A DNA stretch of 62,534 nt, filler included, from Choristocarpus tenellus KU-1152 (GCA_964200185.2; 12 parts of 12 records of this genome joined end to end with filler, not necessarily neighbours in it); one strand, 5' to 3'; shown: positions 1 to 13,682, counted from the first letter of the whole stretch. Translations and numbers: made by a program. The notes: a model not told the origin generated them from the sequence alone.

Positions 1-933
1 ATGAATTTGAACATTGTGTATGTCGGGGGGGGGGGGTGGGGGGGCATTGTGTCATGTGATGAAAATAAACACAGTTGTACTCTAGGGTTAGGGCTATAGG
101 TTCAGTGTCTTTGTCTATGAGTGTATGGTTTTCATCTTTGAAGGAATTTTCTTTCACCACTAAAAACAAAAAACATTCTGTAGGTGGAACATGAAAATAT
201 ATATATAATATATATATATGCCACATTACAACAAAAACTATTTCACTGTCCTGGAACAAAGTATGTTGACAAACGGTCAAAAAGGCTACAAAGATATGTG
301 TGCTAGAGCATTCCTACTATAGCAACAGTCAACCCTAACCTGAAAATCATACTTCATGTGTCACCGAGCGGACTAGGATGTCACAAAAAAAAAATACCAG
401 AAAGAAAAAAAGAGTTCAACTCTTGAGGTACATAGTATGCAATATATGTTGACTGATTCCAAATATCTTGAACATTTGCTTCACCATTGGCTTGCCATAA
501 ACCAGTTGTATACTTTCAGTTCCACAACTACAAACCACATAAACTCCTACCCTAAGCTTAAGAGAGAGGGAGAAGAAAGCCTAAGCCCTGCTAGAAATAG
601 TCAAAAGTCCTCAGCAGAACTAAAAAAAGATGCCATTGCAATTATATACATGCCAGTATAGAACCTGCCCCAAGTACTTCACTCTGAAGAAATGCAGAGT
701 AGAACTTCCATAAACACAACGATATACTCACACCTACTTTCACATACACACAAATATACACACATAGACAAGAAAAAGTGCAGAAAAAATAAATAACACA
801 CATGTATATATACACAAATACATATATAAATACATTAAAAAGATTTTCTCACGCACACAAGAACAAGAAGATATGAAATATATCAAATTATACCCCACAA
901 GAAATGTAAACAGCGTCAAACAGAACCACTTAC

Positions 934-3900
934 AGGCAGGTCAGAAAGTCGGATGGGCCTCTTGCAGCCAGTATCAACAATGCGGGAGACCCAACCAAAG
1001 CTAAGGAAGGACCACAATCCTGCAGAGTACTCAGAGTTCATCCACTTGTCTGTGTACAAGCAAGCACACCAATGCCATTGTTATTACACACAGATATTGA
1101 GGAGTGAAAAACGTAATGCAAGATCAGAGTAAGGAGTAGGGGGAAGGGGGGGTCAACAAAGAACCGTGGAGAGGTATGTCTGCATTTGTTTAGGGCAGGA
1201 CTAATGTACAAGAATCAACACAGTAAATCAGCTGGTGTTTTACAAATCTATTAATAGAGGAAACTAAGCTATTACTTCCAACTAAATTATAAAGGCGTAC
1301 GCATGCAGGGTTAGGGTTAGGGTTAGCCTTAGATCTCAAGAGTTGAGGCAAATATGGATCTGTAGGAGGAAGGTCTCAGGGTTAGGGAGTTGATATATTT
1401 TTCGCTTTCGCTTCCAAGATGTGAAATAAACGGTCTTCGACTCCACCTTACTGATATACAAAATTTAGGTGTAGGGTTGTGACTGTGAATCTCTACGATA
1501 ATCCTAATACAATCTTGATATTCATATAAAGTCTTGATATTCAAAATTTATCAGTTTCATGCTTTCACTCCTTCAGCTGTTTATACCCCCCCCAATGTGC
1601 AAGATACATGCTCTGAAAATAAATAGAAATTCCTCAGTGCATCTTTCAATCACTTAGTGACTTATGCACATCACCTAATACACTGCCAACATGAATCAAT
1701 TCAGCAGAGATAGTTGGGAATTGTCTCTATCTGATATGTTACTCAATCTAGCATTATAATCATCCTGCCCTTGGATACAGCTGCCCCCATGTTAATTCTG
1801 TAAGTCATATTGGATAAAAAATACACCAATCAGAGTAGAAGGGAGGAGGGGTAGGAGACAGACTTGAAAGTTCAATCCAATTTTGTCAGAGTGAATGTAA
1901 AGCATGAAACAAGGCTCAAATCGTTCCAGTATTGTCTGAACAAAAACACACAAAATGATGTTTTTTTATAGAGTTGGATGTGTCTCACCAAATACATACA
2001 AACACCAGTACTAACTGCTGTAATCATTGTTTCAACTCATCTACTCAAACAATAGTACTCAATTGAATATGTTGCAACTATGGCAAGGTGAGACAAAAAT
2101 ACACCAAGTATTGCATGCATTCATCAAAACATCAAAAAAGTGATACTAATTATGAATTGTATGGGTTAGGCAATACTTCCAGCTCAAAACCACGACAACG
2201 CCTCAGAGGGTTTTCAACACCATTGTATGCATGCATTATCTTATCAAATCCTAACCCTCAACCCAACAACATTCTAAGAATGTATTTTTCATGTTGTAGT
2301 ACCGAATTCTGATGCAGGCATTTTGCAACCAAGTGAATTTATCAACCACTTAAGTTGCAATGAATAACAAATATTTCAGAACAGAAACAAACATCTTTAT
2401 ATTATCGATACAATTTATAAACAGGTAGATTTGGTTCTGTTCTGAAATAGATATGTTCCAAATAACAAAAAAAAAATAGATATGTTCCATATGACAATAA
2501 TAAAATGTTCCAAATAACAACAATAACATACATATGTTCCAAACAACAACAATACAATAGATATGTTCCAAATAACAACAAAGTAAGGACCGTAACAGGC
2601 AAAAAACTCTCCATTCCCAGGTATGTAGAGTAAAAGGACATTCTATACACCATAGACAGGGACTTGGCAGAGACAAAACAGATATGGTCCTATTGTTTGA
2701 TGTTGTCAGAAAGACGTGGTTGGTGGTGGTCCTTCCAGTATTCTTTTTACTGAAGGAATCTGATCAATACCACTCCACATTCAAATTCTATTGTGGAAGA
2801 AGTTCAAATAATTCAGTGTGCAAAATTCACACTTGATGGGTTTTGGCAATCAGCCATGGCCCATCGATGGACTCATTGAGAATAGTTTTTTTAATCTTTG
2901 GGGCTAATTCCCTTATCTGCACACAAGTCCTATTATACATTATCAAAACAACTTGTGCAAAAAAAATAAACCTGATGGACACTTCAATGATGGTACACAG
3001 GAGAGTGCCATGAAATAGGCCTAAATAAGTTTGCTTAGATCATATAACAGTCCCAAATAAGTTTGCTTAGATCAATACTTTGGATACTTTGCTCCAATGA
3101 AACAGAGGAAAGTCAAACAAAATAGTAGGTACCCCTTTCAATAATAATTTCACCTCTGGTAACCCCCTCACCAACTTGAGTTTGTAGCTGTTGTTTAGAG
3201 TACCTCCAGATATACAATATACTAACATGAACTATGCGGATTGTTTCTCACCCTAAGGTCATCTCTTACATGGGAGCAATTTTGTTCAAAAAAGCATTTC
3301 AATCTTATTTTTAGGAAGAAAATCAATCACAACAAAAAATGTGCAATAGTGTAATTTGGATCTTTCTGTTGCCAATTTCTTGTTTTTTGTTGTGGTCGAT
3401 TTTCTTCTTCAAAATAATATTAAAAATAACATTGAAAATAATATTGAAAATAAACTTACCCCTAGAGTGCTCTAGCATAGGAGATGACCTAACCCTAACC
3501 CTAGTAACATACCAAGAGTCATGTGTACGATAGTTTCAAACCCTCCAATTAATATTAGGTGTATGCACCCCCTCATCCTCCAGGAAGTGAATATTTGCCT
3601 TGGAACACTTAGCACGACCAGCTTAGTTACACAATAATGCCATGCACAATACTACAAAACATTCACACACATGATTTTAATCAATCAATCAGCAATCCAA
3701 AGAGAGAACAAATTATCCATAGGGCACAAACCCAGTCAAAACAGGGCAAATTCCAGAGTCAATATCCTGCAGATGATCAAAATGGAGCAAGTCAAGTGAA
3801 AAAATAACAATCCAAAACTCAACAACTCTATCCACTTCAGTGGCCCACTCCTTTGAGTTCCAATAGTCAATGACTGCAGAAACATACTGATAAACCCAGA

Positions 3901-6900
3901 GGAAAAAACTTCAACCCAGAGCCAGAAATACTCTGTGCATCTCACAAACCACTTTCCCTCACCTACTAACCCCTGAATAATTGATACTCATCATAAAAAG
4001 TATATGTTCTATATGGAATAAAAAAAATACCCTCTTCTTTTTGTAACTCACATTCCTTGATTGGCACCAGTCGGATACATGACCACAACTCCACCATCAG
4101 GATTATGCCCAGAACCACCAAATTCCAATATTTCAGCTTTACACCCCCATAATATCCATACCCCCATCCCAATGCCGGCATGCACCATAATCCACCAGAA
4201 TACCACAGGGAGAAGGGTGCAAAAACGTGAGGACAAAGGGAAAATATAGGTGAGGAGAAGAAAAGTTGTGCATGAATCTCTCTACAATACTTAACTTTGA
4301 ATTACTCTTTCCTCCCTTTCTCAACAGTACAACATCAATGGGTTGGGGAATATAAACAGAGATATATTTCTTCACAAAAAAAAAAAAGGAGACTGCCTTG
4401 TGGGCTGGGGTAGGGAAAGGCAGGGGAATGCAGGGCAGGGGAGAGAAGGTTGTGCAACCCATTTTATTTCTTGCTTCATATCTCTATTGTAGTCACTAGT
4501 GACTAAAAAAACTTAAAGAAAACTACACACTTCTTTCAAAAGACTTGCTCTGACTAGTTACTTTCTCATGCATATGTACTCTTTGCCCTCTTCTAAACAT
4601 TTTCTCGTGACACTGGGCTAAGGGTTAGGGTTGGGCTTTGTTCATGTTTGTGGTGTGTGCATCTTTTGATTCTAATCAAATACACCAAAGGCAATTGACC
4701 TGTTTCACATTGTGCTCACACAACCTGTCACTTCACAGCATTACGAAAAAATAATCTGTATCAGTAACACTTTGGAGTTAGGAACCAATCTCTTCCCAAC
4801 CAATCAGCAAATCATCAGTGTCTGGCCTGAAGCCACACCATCTGGTAGTGGGCATTAGAAAGAGACATCCAACCTCTTATAATCCTACAGGAACTCTCTG
4901 CCACACAAGCAGACTTAGCCTGTGCCATCTCACATACCATAATGTTCCACACCAATGCACACACAGTAACCACAATCTGGCGTAGCAAAGGGTGTCATGC
5001 CCCTGTGAGGGTGATACAGTAGACATACCATAAAACCACTGTCAACAAGTAGGTAGAGGTACTGCACTGCATGGTGTACAATTCAGTTAATGAAATCCAA
5101 TAACAGTACCATCATTACAATCAGAAAATAAAAAATACACTTTGAAGCATTTTTCATCACTGCCCTCAAGAAATTTGGTAACCCTGTCAATTAGGACGAA
5201 GCAGGAAGGATTTTGAAAGGGTTAGGGTTAGGGTTAGGAAGGGGTGCCTACCTGCATCTTTGATATACAATATATAGAGTGCAAATCAATAAAAATGTGA
5301 AAACTGATCATAACAACAAAGGGTCAAATATTGCAACCATTTATACTCACACAGAGATCAAATCAAAAGTAGAATTACAAAATTCCTCAATACAGTCTGA
5401 GAAAAGTAACATGTCATGTGCATTATGTACAATTTCAAGGCACAAAATCTCCATCCGCCATGACAGTCAGCCCACAGAGTATATCCTCTGAGTTTCAACA
5501 TAATGTGCCTAGTATAATAATCCCACTAGTACATTTCAGATTCTTCCAAGAGACAGTCATTCGTGGATTCAGGCACATTAAATCATATTCAAAATTCAGT
5601 TAGTGCACCTTGGGACAGCATTTCAACATCATGGACAAGGATTAGGGAGGAAACCATCAAGAGACCCTCAAAACAAACAGAGAGAAGAGATTGAAGATAT
5701 AGAGCACACTAAAAAATACAATGCTCACAGGCGCAACTAGATCTCAACCCTAACCCTAATCAAAAACTACAGTCCACATACAGCCTACATACAGCCTACA
5801 TGAAATTCCAGAACCTCAAAACCGGCACAGGTGCTCAACTCCACACTTGAGACCAGAAAAGTGCTTAACAAACACCAATTAACAATTTGAACTCGCCACA
5901 CTGAAATACACAACCCTAACCCCAGCTCCAAACAACAACAAAAAAAATGTGGCAAGAAATTGCAATACAGGAGACCAATAATATTTGCAGTAAAAAAAGG
6001 TACAAATCCAACTCCATGCTTCTGCTGGGTAGTGACATACGCATTACACAGTTCTAGATAAATAGTGTAAGTACCTCCATTTCACGTAGATGCCCAATTC
6101 TATCCTCCTCCACAACTTCCCAAGATTGGAAGCCAAAGATCAGAGCAGCAAAGGCAGCCTGAGCCAGGGAGTTCCGACTCCGATCTAGCAATCCATGATG
6201 CATGATCTCAGTTAGATACTGAAAGATCCACGTCAAGGTCAAAAGCCCGTGTCCGATATCTGTTGCCCAGGCGATAGAGGTAGGGGCGAGAGTGACCACT
6301 AGAGGTTAACCTTGATTTGGGGGGATTGGGAATTTATTGAGTTGAATTAACCCCTACGATAGAAATTGCAACGGGGAACTCAAGAAAATCACTATGGTCT
6401 CACAACCTTGGTGCATCTTTCAAATTAATCCTTTTTTGGGAAAGGCATGCTGCTCGTTAGCAAAAACGGGCTACATTGGGTAGGTCCACAGGTTTATAAT
6501 TCAGATTACTGTTGGTGGATCATGAAATGGGCTGGCACGACCATGATACGCCACAACATTTTCTTGCTGGGAAATGTGCCTGGAGGCACAAAGTATTAAA
6601 CAGGCGCAAGTCTGTCAGCTAAAATAGAGCACACCTTGGGGCACGTGTCTTAATTTGACAATATCGCCCGAACGCACACTATACATAAAGTCATATATGC
6701 TCTACTTCGCATCAGTCGAAAATTTCGGTCTGTCAATATGTTTGGAACGAGGTACGCGATTCAGAGATAATCACATTGACATCAAAACCATCGACCTGAT
6801 TTGCGTGTCTAATGAAGATCAAATCAGTCGACATTCTTTCCATAGTGATAAAATATTGGTTGGTGATTGGAGATATGGTCGATAGATGTGGAAACTAAAA

Positions 6901-7435
6901 ACGTTCTTGTGGCAGACTGCGCGCTGTGTACAGTTGTTCAAAGAAAACACAGGTAATCCAGAGCATCCTTACATTTGTACGGATTGTCGGCATCACCGCC
7001 GAAGAGGTGGTAGGATCCTAAACAGACATGGTACAACACTTGCTGCACGTACAGAAGAAGTTTGATGAAATGTACCCCTGTGCCCTTCTTGAGCGATATC
7101 CTATCACGGTTCTGATCATTGATTCTTTCATGCCTATCCACCACCCCCCTTTCGTCTACTTTCCATGTTCTTGTATCGCCAAGGTGGCACTCCACCTCTC
7201 CCCTCATTTCCTCGCCACCCTCAAAGTTATTAGTGGGATCATCATCGAGGAATCCATAGCCTCGATTACCCCATCCAGGAGATCCCTTGACGGAGACGAA
7301 AAGGTAACTAAGGGCAAGGAAGAAGGAGTATATCAAGGGTACTATCGCACAAATCACAGTCACGGAGCAATGTCCCTTGACGCTCCAGAACGTCGACCAT
7401 GAAATATCATCACCACAAACTTTTTTCAATATCAT
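934..7435 (-). CDS. ABCC/MRP-type ABC transporter, 5' portion (TMD0 + L0/lasso), spliced
   Basis: GT-AG exons: 7435-6973 (MILKKVCGDDISW...CSVTVICAIVPLIYSFFLAL), 6298-6075 (VTLAPTSIAW...HLREME), ~4281/4277-4052 (hydrophobic, frame ambiguous) and 1049-934 (KWMNSEYSAGLWSFLSFGWVSRIVDTGCKRPIRLSDLP, matching the ABCC L0 pattern AG..S.L.F.W.....G.KR.L...DL). The rest of the gene was not found in the window. Confidence 0.8.
2447..2582. repeat. Degenerate ~25-31 bp minisatellite (core ATATGTTCCAAATAACAA), ~5 copies
   Basis: Core ATGTTCCA(A)ATAACAA recurs five times in tandem inside an ABCC intron. Confidence 0.85.
2640..3020 (-). mobile_element. Highly decayed Ty3/Gypsy reverse-transcriptase fragment (intronic)
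   Basis: Frameshifted, stop-ridden minus-strand peptides KPIKCEF and ILEGPPPTT resemble the RT C-terminal motifs K.KC.F and I..WP.P.T. Confidence 0.35.
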
Positions 7436-7718
7436 TCTCGTTTATGTGCTTTTGCTAAATTTGTCTTGAATAACTACCAAGATGACATACCCTGACCAGC
7501 AAAGCCGCCTAGTATGGTACAAAGTTTGGCCGCTACGTACATACGTACCACCTCTAACAAGAAAGATGATCACGATATTATCTTATCAACCTGGATAAAT
7601 TCTTCTTCTTTTTCTTCCTCTTCTTCCTATTATTAGTAAGCGTGCCAAAACTACACGACGGCAATGACAGTAGTCATTAACACCAAAAATATGTTCGAAG
7701 CACATATTTTGCATGTAC

Positions 7719-7818
7719 NNNNNNNNNNNNNNNNNNNNNNNNNNNNNNNNNNNNNNNNNNNNTTAATTAATTAANNNNNNNNNNNNNNNNNNNNNNNNNN
7801 NNNNNNNNNNNNNNNNNN
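7719..7818. other. Artificial contig linker (N44-TTAATTAATTAA-N44). Same linker at 10647, 13508, 18339, 21626, 24679, 32219, 37728, 46417, 50979 and 57497
   Basis: Identical 100-bp spacer with stops in all six frames; reconstructed genes do not continue across it. Confidence 0.98.
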
Positions 7819-10386
7819 CTGTCCCCAGGCATTGCAACCATTACTAGCCCATCTTCAATAGCACTGGGAGACAGGGGCAATAGCAATTTTGACTGCCGAT
7901 CATCTACAGGGGTTTTATTGCTAACTTTCGTTTCCCCTTCACTCTCACTGTGCTTCACCTCCGTATCTATGCCAGGCACAAGTGAATGGGCAACTTGTGC
8001 TGCAACTCTTCGTTGATCTGCCTTGCCCTCCACCTCTCCTCTTGAGCCGCTATGCTTTCTACTGATGTCTCTGTCACCACCAACCTTGCCACCACTAATG
8101 CCTCCATCACCACCTACCAGGGGACGTTGAATTATTCTTTTTTTCTTTATTGCACTATTTTCCCTAACCCTGTATTCCCTTGCCTGTATTCCTTTGCCTA
8201 CCTCATTTGACCCTGATCTGCTACCGATCCTACCCACCCTTACAACGCCATCACTCGTGGAAGGGCGGATGGGTGGGTTGCTATCCAGACCACTGCCCTT
8301 CTGACCATACCTCTGCTCGTCAGACTTAGGCTTTTCCACCAATCTGAGTTCACTATAACGACGCAGCAATGTTTGAGGATGGGAGTCTTCCCCTGACAAT
8401 GTTGCAGGTCGGGGTGGTGATCCGCCTCTGGTGCTCTTCAGCTGTGCACGACGCCAGGCAATGCGGGCTTTGCGGCAATACTCTCCTGATATGCTGTTGA
8501 GGCACTGTGCTCGTTCCCGATATAGGTCCATGTATCCGTACACCTGTCAAGATGTGTACAAATAGGAATAAAGAGGATGGCCTGGGCGAGGTACTTTCAA
8601 TTTCCACTACCTAGTGTGTAGCTGATCCTCGTGTTCCAATTTTAGCCCAGGTTCAGGCTGACTCTAAGGGATACTCCATGTTTCTTGGATTAACACAAGA
8701 CACCCATGAGCTAGTTTGTACAGAACTGATAACCCTGGAGTAGGAGTATGTATACCGCCAAATCCAAGTCGACCCTGCAGCCTTGCAGAGGCTTATTTGT
8801 GGACACAAATGAGTGAAGTTAGTTTCCAAGATTCTGTGTAACCTGGAAACCACTTATGGAAAAGTGCCGTTCATATGTTCCAAACTAGGACCGCTATAGT
8901 ACCATGAGATTACTGACACTGCACCCATTTTATGAAGAACTGCTCCTATTAGGGGCACGGTCATTGTATGAAACACATGTGGATATTCTTGTTGTTCTTA
9001 TTGCAAGCATCTAGAGGGGCACGGCATGATATTTTCCTCTACAAATACTTGTGTGAACCCCCCCTAAATCGCAACTCACCATAGCACAGTTGTCGCAAAC
9101 TGCAACTAGACGATACATTGATGTAGGGTGGATGTGACCAAGCACCCCCTCATACAACAGCTCTCTGACCGCCCGCTGGACAACCTGAGGCTTGTCTGCC
9201 CGGACTCTGTCATTGAATCGCAGTTCTGCATATGCCCCTTCCCCAGCCTCGTTAGTAGCAATTTGCAGTTGGCGCATGCGATTAGCCACTGCTGATGCTA
9301 GAGAGTGCTCTACCTGTGAGATCATTGGTTGGGAAGGCATTCATGTTACTTGCAGTGATGGGAATACTGATGGTAGATGTGAAATGTGCTGCGGGTCCAA
9401 GGGAGCCAAAGTATCTTAGAGGGTAGAGAAGCGTCCATTTGGGGGCCAAAATCCAATGTTGCGATTTTGATGTAATTTTGGCTGTCGTGTATGTTAGGAA
9501 GTGTCAGTATCCTTCTTCTGGACACACCTTTTCATATTGTATACATTTGACCTACTCCGAAACTTTTTGGAATGGGAAAATATCATAAAAAAACCCACGG
9601 GAAGCCAACCCCCAAATGGACAAACAGGGCAAGACTCGTACCCTCTAAGATACTTTCACTCAAGGACTTCTGTTACCTTTGCCAATACTTACACAATGAA
9701 CCGTTTCCCACTACAAGGCAGGGCTCTAGCCCACTGCATTTCCCTCTTCTCATCAATATAATAACTGCTAAATTATATGCTTTTGTCTTGGCACGTCTCT
9801 CTACAAGAAATATATTAAAATAACAAACTGTAACCCCACTAGCAAGACACTAGGTAACTCAATTGTACTCTCACCTCCTGTGTAGTAAACTTTGTACTTG
9901 CTCCCTCTTCTGCCAAGGAACTAACTAGTTGCCCCAGTCCTGCATTACCATCAGCTAGGCTATCACCCAGAAAAGCGTCCTCAGCTCGTGCCTTGAGAAT
10001 TGATCTGTATGTTATGCGCTTAGAGAGGGTATCATGGGTGCATGTCCTCTTTGCTCCACCTAGTTCTAGGGTTTGGGTCACATCGTAGTGGCAATAGTCT
10101 CCGAAGCACCTGTGTAGGGGTGAACAGCATAAAGAGAGGGACATGGTTAGGGTTAGGGTTAGGGTTAGGGTTAGGGTTAGGGTCAATGGTTGGGGAAGGA
10201 GGGAGACAGGGATAAAATGTGTAGAAAGTGTTTAAAGTAGGAATCAAAGTTGTAGCCATGGGATAGGATGGCAATGGAAGGGAGGGAAAAGGAATATAAT
10301 TCCAGTTGTTCTACACTTCACCACAAATTTTGGGGTGTAAGTGTCTCCCTGCTCATATTCCTAGTATATGCTTCCTGGTAAAATAT
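7819..10386 (-). CDS. Multi-exon protein of unknown function (CxGDYC and YxxVxVCxxC motifs, low-complexity C-terminal part), partial
   Basis: Phase-consistent GT-AG exons 10386-10322, 10109-9875, 9313-9080 and 8543-contig end: ...QNLWCFGDYCHY...ITYRSILKAR...MYRLVAVCDNCAMVYGYMDLYRERAQ... Confidence 0.75.
9403..9661. mobile_element. MITE family B, complete, intronic
   Basis: TIRs GAGCCAAAGTATCTTAGAGGGTA / TACCCTCTAAGATACTTTCACTC with flanking 4-bp duplication AAGG; homologous to copies at 24280, 31563, 38779 and 58637. Confidence 0.85.
10146..10182. repeat. Interstitial telomere-type tract (GGTTAG)6, intronic
   Basis: Perfect TTAGGG repeats 36-72 nt upstream of the minus-strand acceptor at 10110. 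Confidence 0.9.
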
Positions 10387-10487
10387 CTGTGAATGTTGCG
10401 ACATTATGGTTTCATTTGGAAATCATGGTGAGTGTTTGCCGTTCCTATCAATCTGAAGCATAGGAGTTTGAACAACCACTCAGCAAT

Positions 10488-10646
10488 GGCCCAAAGTATC
10501 TGGTGGAGGAGTGGCGGCTGTCCATTTGGGGTCAATTTTTTCATGTCGTGATTTTTGGGTGATTTGGCTGCATATGTCGCATGGATAATGTAAATGTACT
10601 TTTCCTGATTCTTGACCCAAATGGACACCCTGGTATAGACCCCCCC
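10488..10646. mobile_element. MITE family A, cut by contig end
   Basis: Starts GGCCCAAAGTATCTGG; internal sequence matches copies at 13978, 21479 and 60065. Confidence 0.85.
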
Positions 10647-11646
10647 NNNNNNNNNNNNNNNNNNNNNNNNNNNNNNNNNNNNNNNNNNNNTTAATTAATT
10701 AANNNNNNNNNNNNNNNNNNNNNNNNNNNNNNNNNNNNNNNNNNNNGGTACTTTGCATTGGATTTTTGAGGAGGGTGAAATCCTCATCCATGAATGGCCC
10801 TGAAAAAGTGGGGGGTTATACACCTAACAATATTTGGGGAGGAGGGGGGTGGGACTTCTGTGGTTCAAAGGTAGTTTTCTTTCTCCTCAATGTGGTCCAG
10901 GCTCCTGTGCCTTTTTCTATCCTATGTTGGTTGATTATCCATATTGTAACTGCTTCTCCCACAGGGAAAAAAAGTATCCTGTAGACTGGAGGGGAGAGGA
11001 AGGAGTATCAAAATAGGACTTCAAAATGTTCATGTGTTATTTATCGGTACGGTGGATAAAATGCCTAACTGGATATCCTTGCTTAATTTCCAGGCTGCAT
11101 TTGAAGACAATAAATACACTCTAGAGGAAACTTCATGGGCTTAACTTTCCCTGTTCTAAGTCAACCCTAATCGAGATGGTATATCAGCAGTTAATTATTG
11201 ACTATTTAAAATACATAGGTTGCTGTAACTGTGATGGTGGTGATCTGGGCAACTGTGTACCAAAAGCAGTGGAGGCAGGAGGAGAAGATAGTCGCTGTCA
11301 AGTGGGGAACAATAGGATTTGAGGAGGTTGAGAAGGACAGGTAAGGAGTGTGGACAAGAAGAAAATTTATGCTGTGGGGCGTAGGAGGGTGGGTGGGTGG
11401 GGGGATATACTAGTCAGCTTTGTGCGTACAGGATGATTTGAACACTCTTGTCCATGTATGGAGAGGCACACAGGCAAATGCATACTCAATTCCAAGTATG
11501 ATACACACAGCCAAACAATTTCCTAGTCTTCCTTACATTTTTACCTACTTCTTACCCCTGTCTTGTGTGTGCGAGAGTGTGTGTCAAAGAAACACTAGTA
11601 AATTTGAAGCGCTCATCTTGTCCTTGTCTGCATCACCTCTACCCAG

Positions 11647-13070
11647 GCCTCAGTTTGAGGGCGACAAGGACACCAAGGAGAGGGGACGGAGGCGTTCTCC
11701 AGTGACAAATACGTACGAGACATATTTCCCAGACAAAAAAAGAAAGGTTAATACTGAAAAAAACTGAACCTCACGATTGCAATCAAATAAAATTGATTCT
11801 TGCTGACCCTAAGCACATCACTAATCCTATCCCAACGCTTGCCTGTATAATGCAAACTCTTGATGCACCTTGTTTGAGATGGATAGGTGCGGCAGGTGCT
11901 TGGTCTGTTCGTGGTGATTTTTTTTGTGGCATGTTTGTTGGTGTTGGTGTTGATGGTGGAGTGGCTGGAGTTTTACTTGGAGGACAGACTAGGGTACAGG
12001 TGAGATGGGCTGAGGGTTAGGTGGGCCAGATGAGGGGAGGGCAGATAATGATAGGACAAACTCAGATGAAGGAGAGGTGAGAAGGACAACTGAGTACTTG
12101 TGAGGTAGGTTGAAGGGTACATTTGAGACGGTAAAGGGTACAGTGACCAAGTGTGCGTGTGGGATCTTCTATGATGATGATTGGTATGATAGTGTACTCT
12201 ATAGCACAAAGGGCTCAGAATGGAGAGGTGAAGAGTGGGCACAGTAGTTGGGTAGATATAACTTACAGGACAGTTTGATTAAATGTACAGGTGATACCTG
12301 CACTCCGGAGTTGTCTATCTATAGTACTAATTGTAAGTACTGGGAGGGGGACACCGAGCCAGCGAGTTGGGTGGTAAAACCCAGGTTAGTTTTGAGGTGA
12401 ATGGTATAAACACTGCATTGAGGTTGAAGGGGGGGGGGCTGTTTGGATTCAACCAGAACTAAGAGTGCATCTGTTTCAATGTACTTCTTGCAGAAGACTC
12501 ACTTAATGTCTTCAATTCATGCCATATCTTTTCTCTCCGTGGGATGCATACATACATACATACATACATACATACATACATACATACAAGTATCCTACAT
12601 ACCTTTCAACATAATATCATAATTAAAAAAATTGTGATGGTGACAAGGCAGGCAGTGTAACACGTTTTGCTTGTGGAATGAGGTGCATGTCGCTCAGAGT
12701 CAGGAGGAATGATCACCCTGTTATCTCCCCTGCACCCTCATCTCCTCTAAACTACAGTACCTTGCACCAAGAAACAAAATCGCTCAATCATGTGACTCTT
12801 GCCCCTTCCCTATCTCCTCCCCCCTCCCTTCCCTACATGCTGGGGTTTTTCAGCTGGGGAGGCCAATTTTCGAGCCTTGTATCTTCAGTGCAGATACAGA
12901 TATTGTCGTACCTGTACTCTTGTGTGGTAAAAAGTCTGAATGACTTTGAAAACCACCAGACGGAAACAGCATATGAGGACAACCTCATCTTCAAGACGTT
13001 TCTATTCCAGGCATGCTCACAAACAGAAGAGATAGATGGGGAATATCGACCCAAATCAGTATTTAGGGAG
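11647..13070 (+). CDS. Two candidate exons of an unknown protein (11647-11746, 12894-13070)
   Basis: CAG acceptors, GT donors and compatible phases: PQFEGDKD...YFPDKKRK | IQILSYLYSCVVKSLNDFEN...RPKSVFRE. Confidence 0.45.
12547..12587. repeat. (CATA)n microsatellite
   Basis: About 10 perfect CATA units. Confidence 0.95.
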
Positions 13071-13607
13071 GTTAGGAGGTTGAGTTGGGCAGAGACTTGA
13101 ATAGGCAATAGACAGGGAGTTAGGTGTATCGATACTCTATGTACCATGTCCACATAGCCTCATAGTGGGTGATTAGATCGGGATGGAGCTGTCTGCTTTG
13201 TCTCGAGCTCCATCACCATGCTTGTTACTACTGTGTTACTTGTAAGAGCTGGGTGCAACTTGACCTTTCTCGCCACCCCAAGAATTGTCACTCATGAGTA
13301 ACTCCCATGAATGTGTATCTACATTGGAATCAAGTCAATAATTACAATAGTGTGCAATGCCTATTATCTCAGGTGATATATACCCTCATTTCCTAACCTT
13401 CATTCCTATAGTTGTATTTTTTTTGTTAGGAGGAGTTAGCGTTAGGGTTAATTGTTTATTTTGATATTCTCTTATTTGATCCTCTATCCTCTCACCCTCC
13501 CCCCCCCNNNNNNNNNNNNNNNNNNNNNNNNNNNNNNNNNNNNNNNNNNNNTTAATTAATTAANNNNNNNNNNNNNNNNNNNNNNNNNNNNNNNNNNNNN
13601 NNNNNNN

Positions 13608-13682
13608 ATCACCCAAAAATCGTGAGATGAAAAAATTGACCCCAAATGAACAGCCGCCACCCCCTCCCAGATACTTTGAGCC
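13608..13682. mobile_element. MITE family A end, at contig start
   Basis: Ends CCCAGATACTTTGAGCC. Confidence 0.8.

Noticed and set aside
4800-5010. Minus-strand CGYCVC...GM*DGTG resembling a KDZ transposase motif
   Set aside because: Too short, contains stops and has no supporting flanking motifs; it lies in an ABCC intron
7028-7402. 124-aa plus-strand ORF and most other short ORFs in the track
   Set aside because: Antisense shadows of real exons, MITE read-throughs or low-complexity chance ORFs
7719-7818. Recurring TTAATTAATTAA motif and the ORFs running through N blocks
   Set aside because: Artificial six-frame-stop linker. Synteny across linkers cannot be assumed, so no multi-gene system spanning contigs is claimed.
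10146-10182. Chromosome end / true telomere
   Set aside because: Only six units, internal to an intron of a continuous gene
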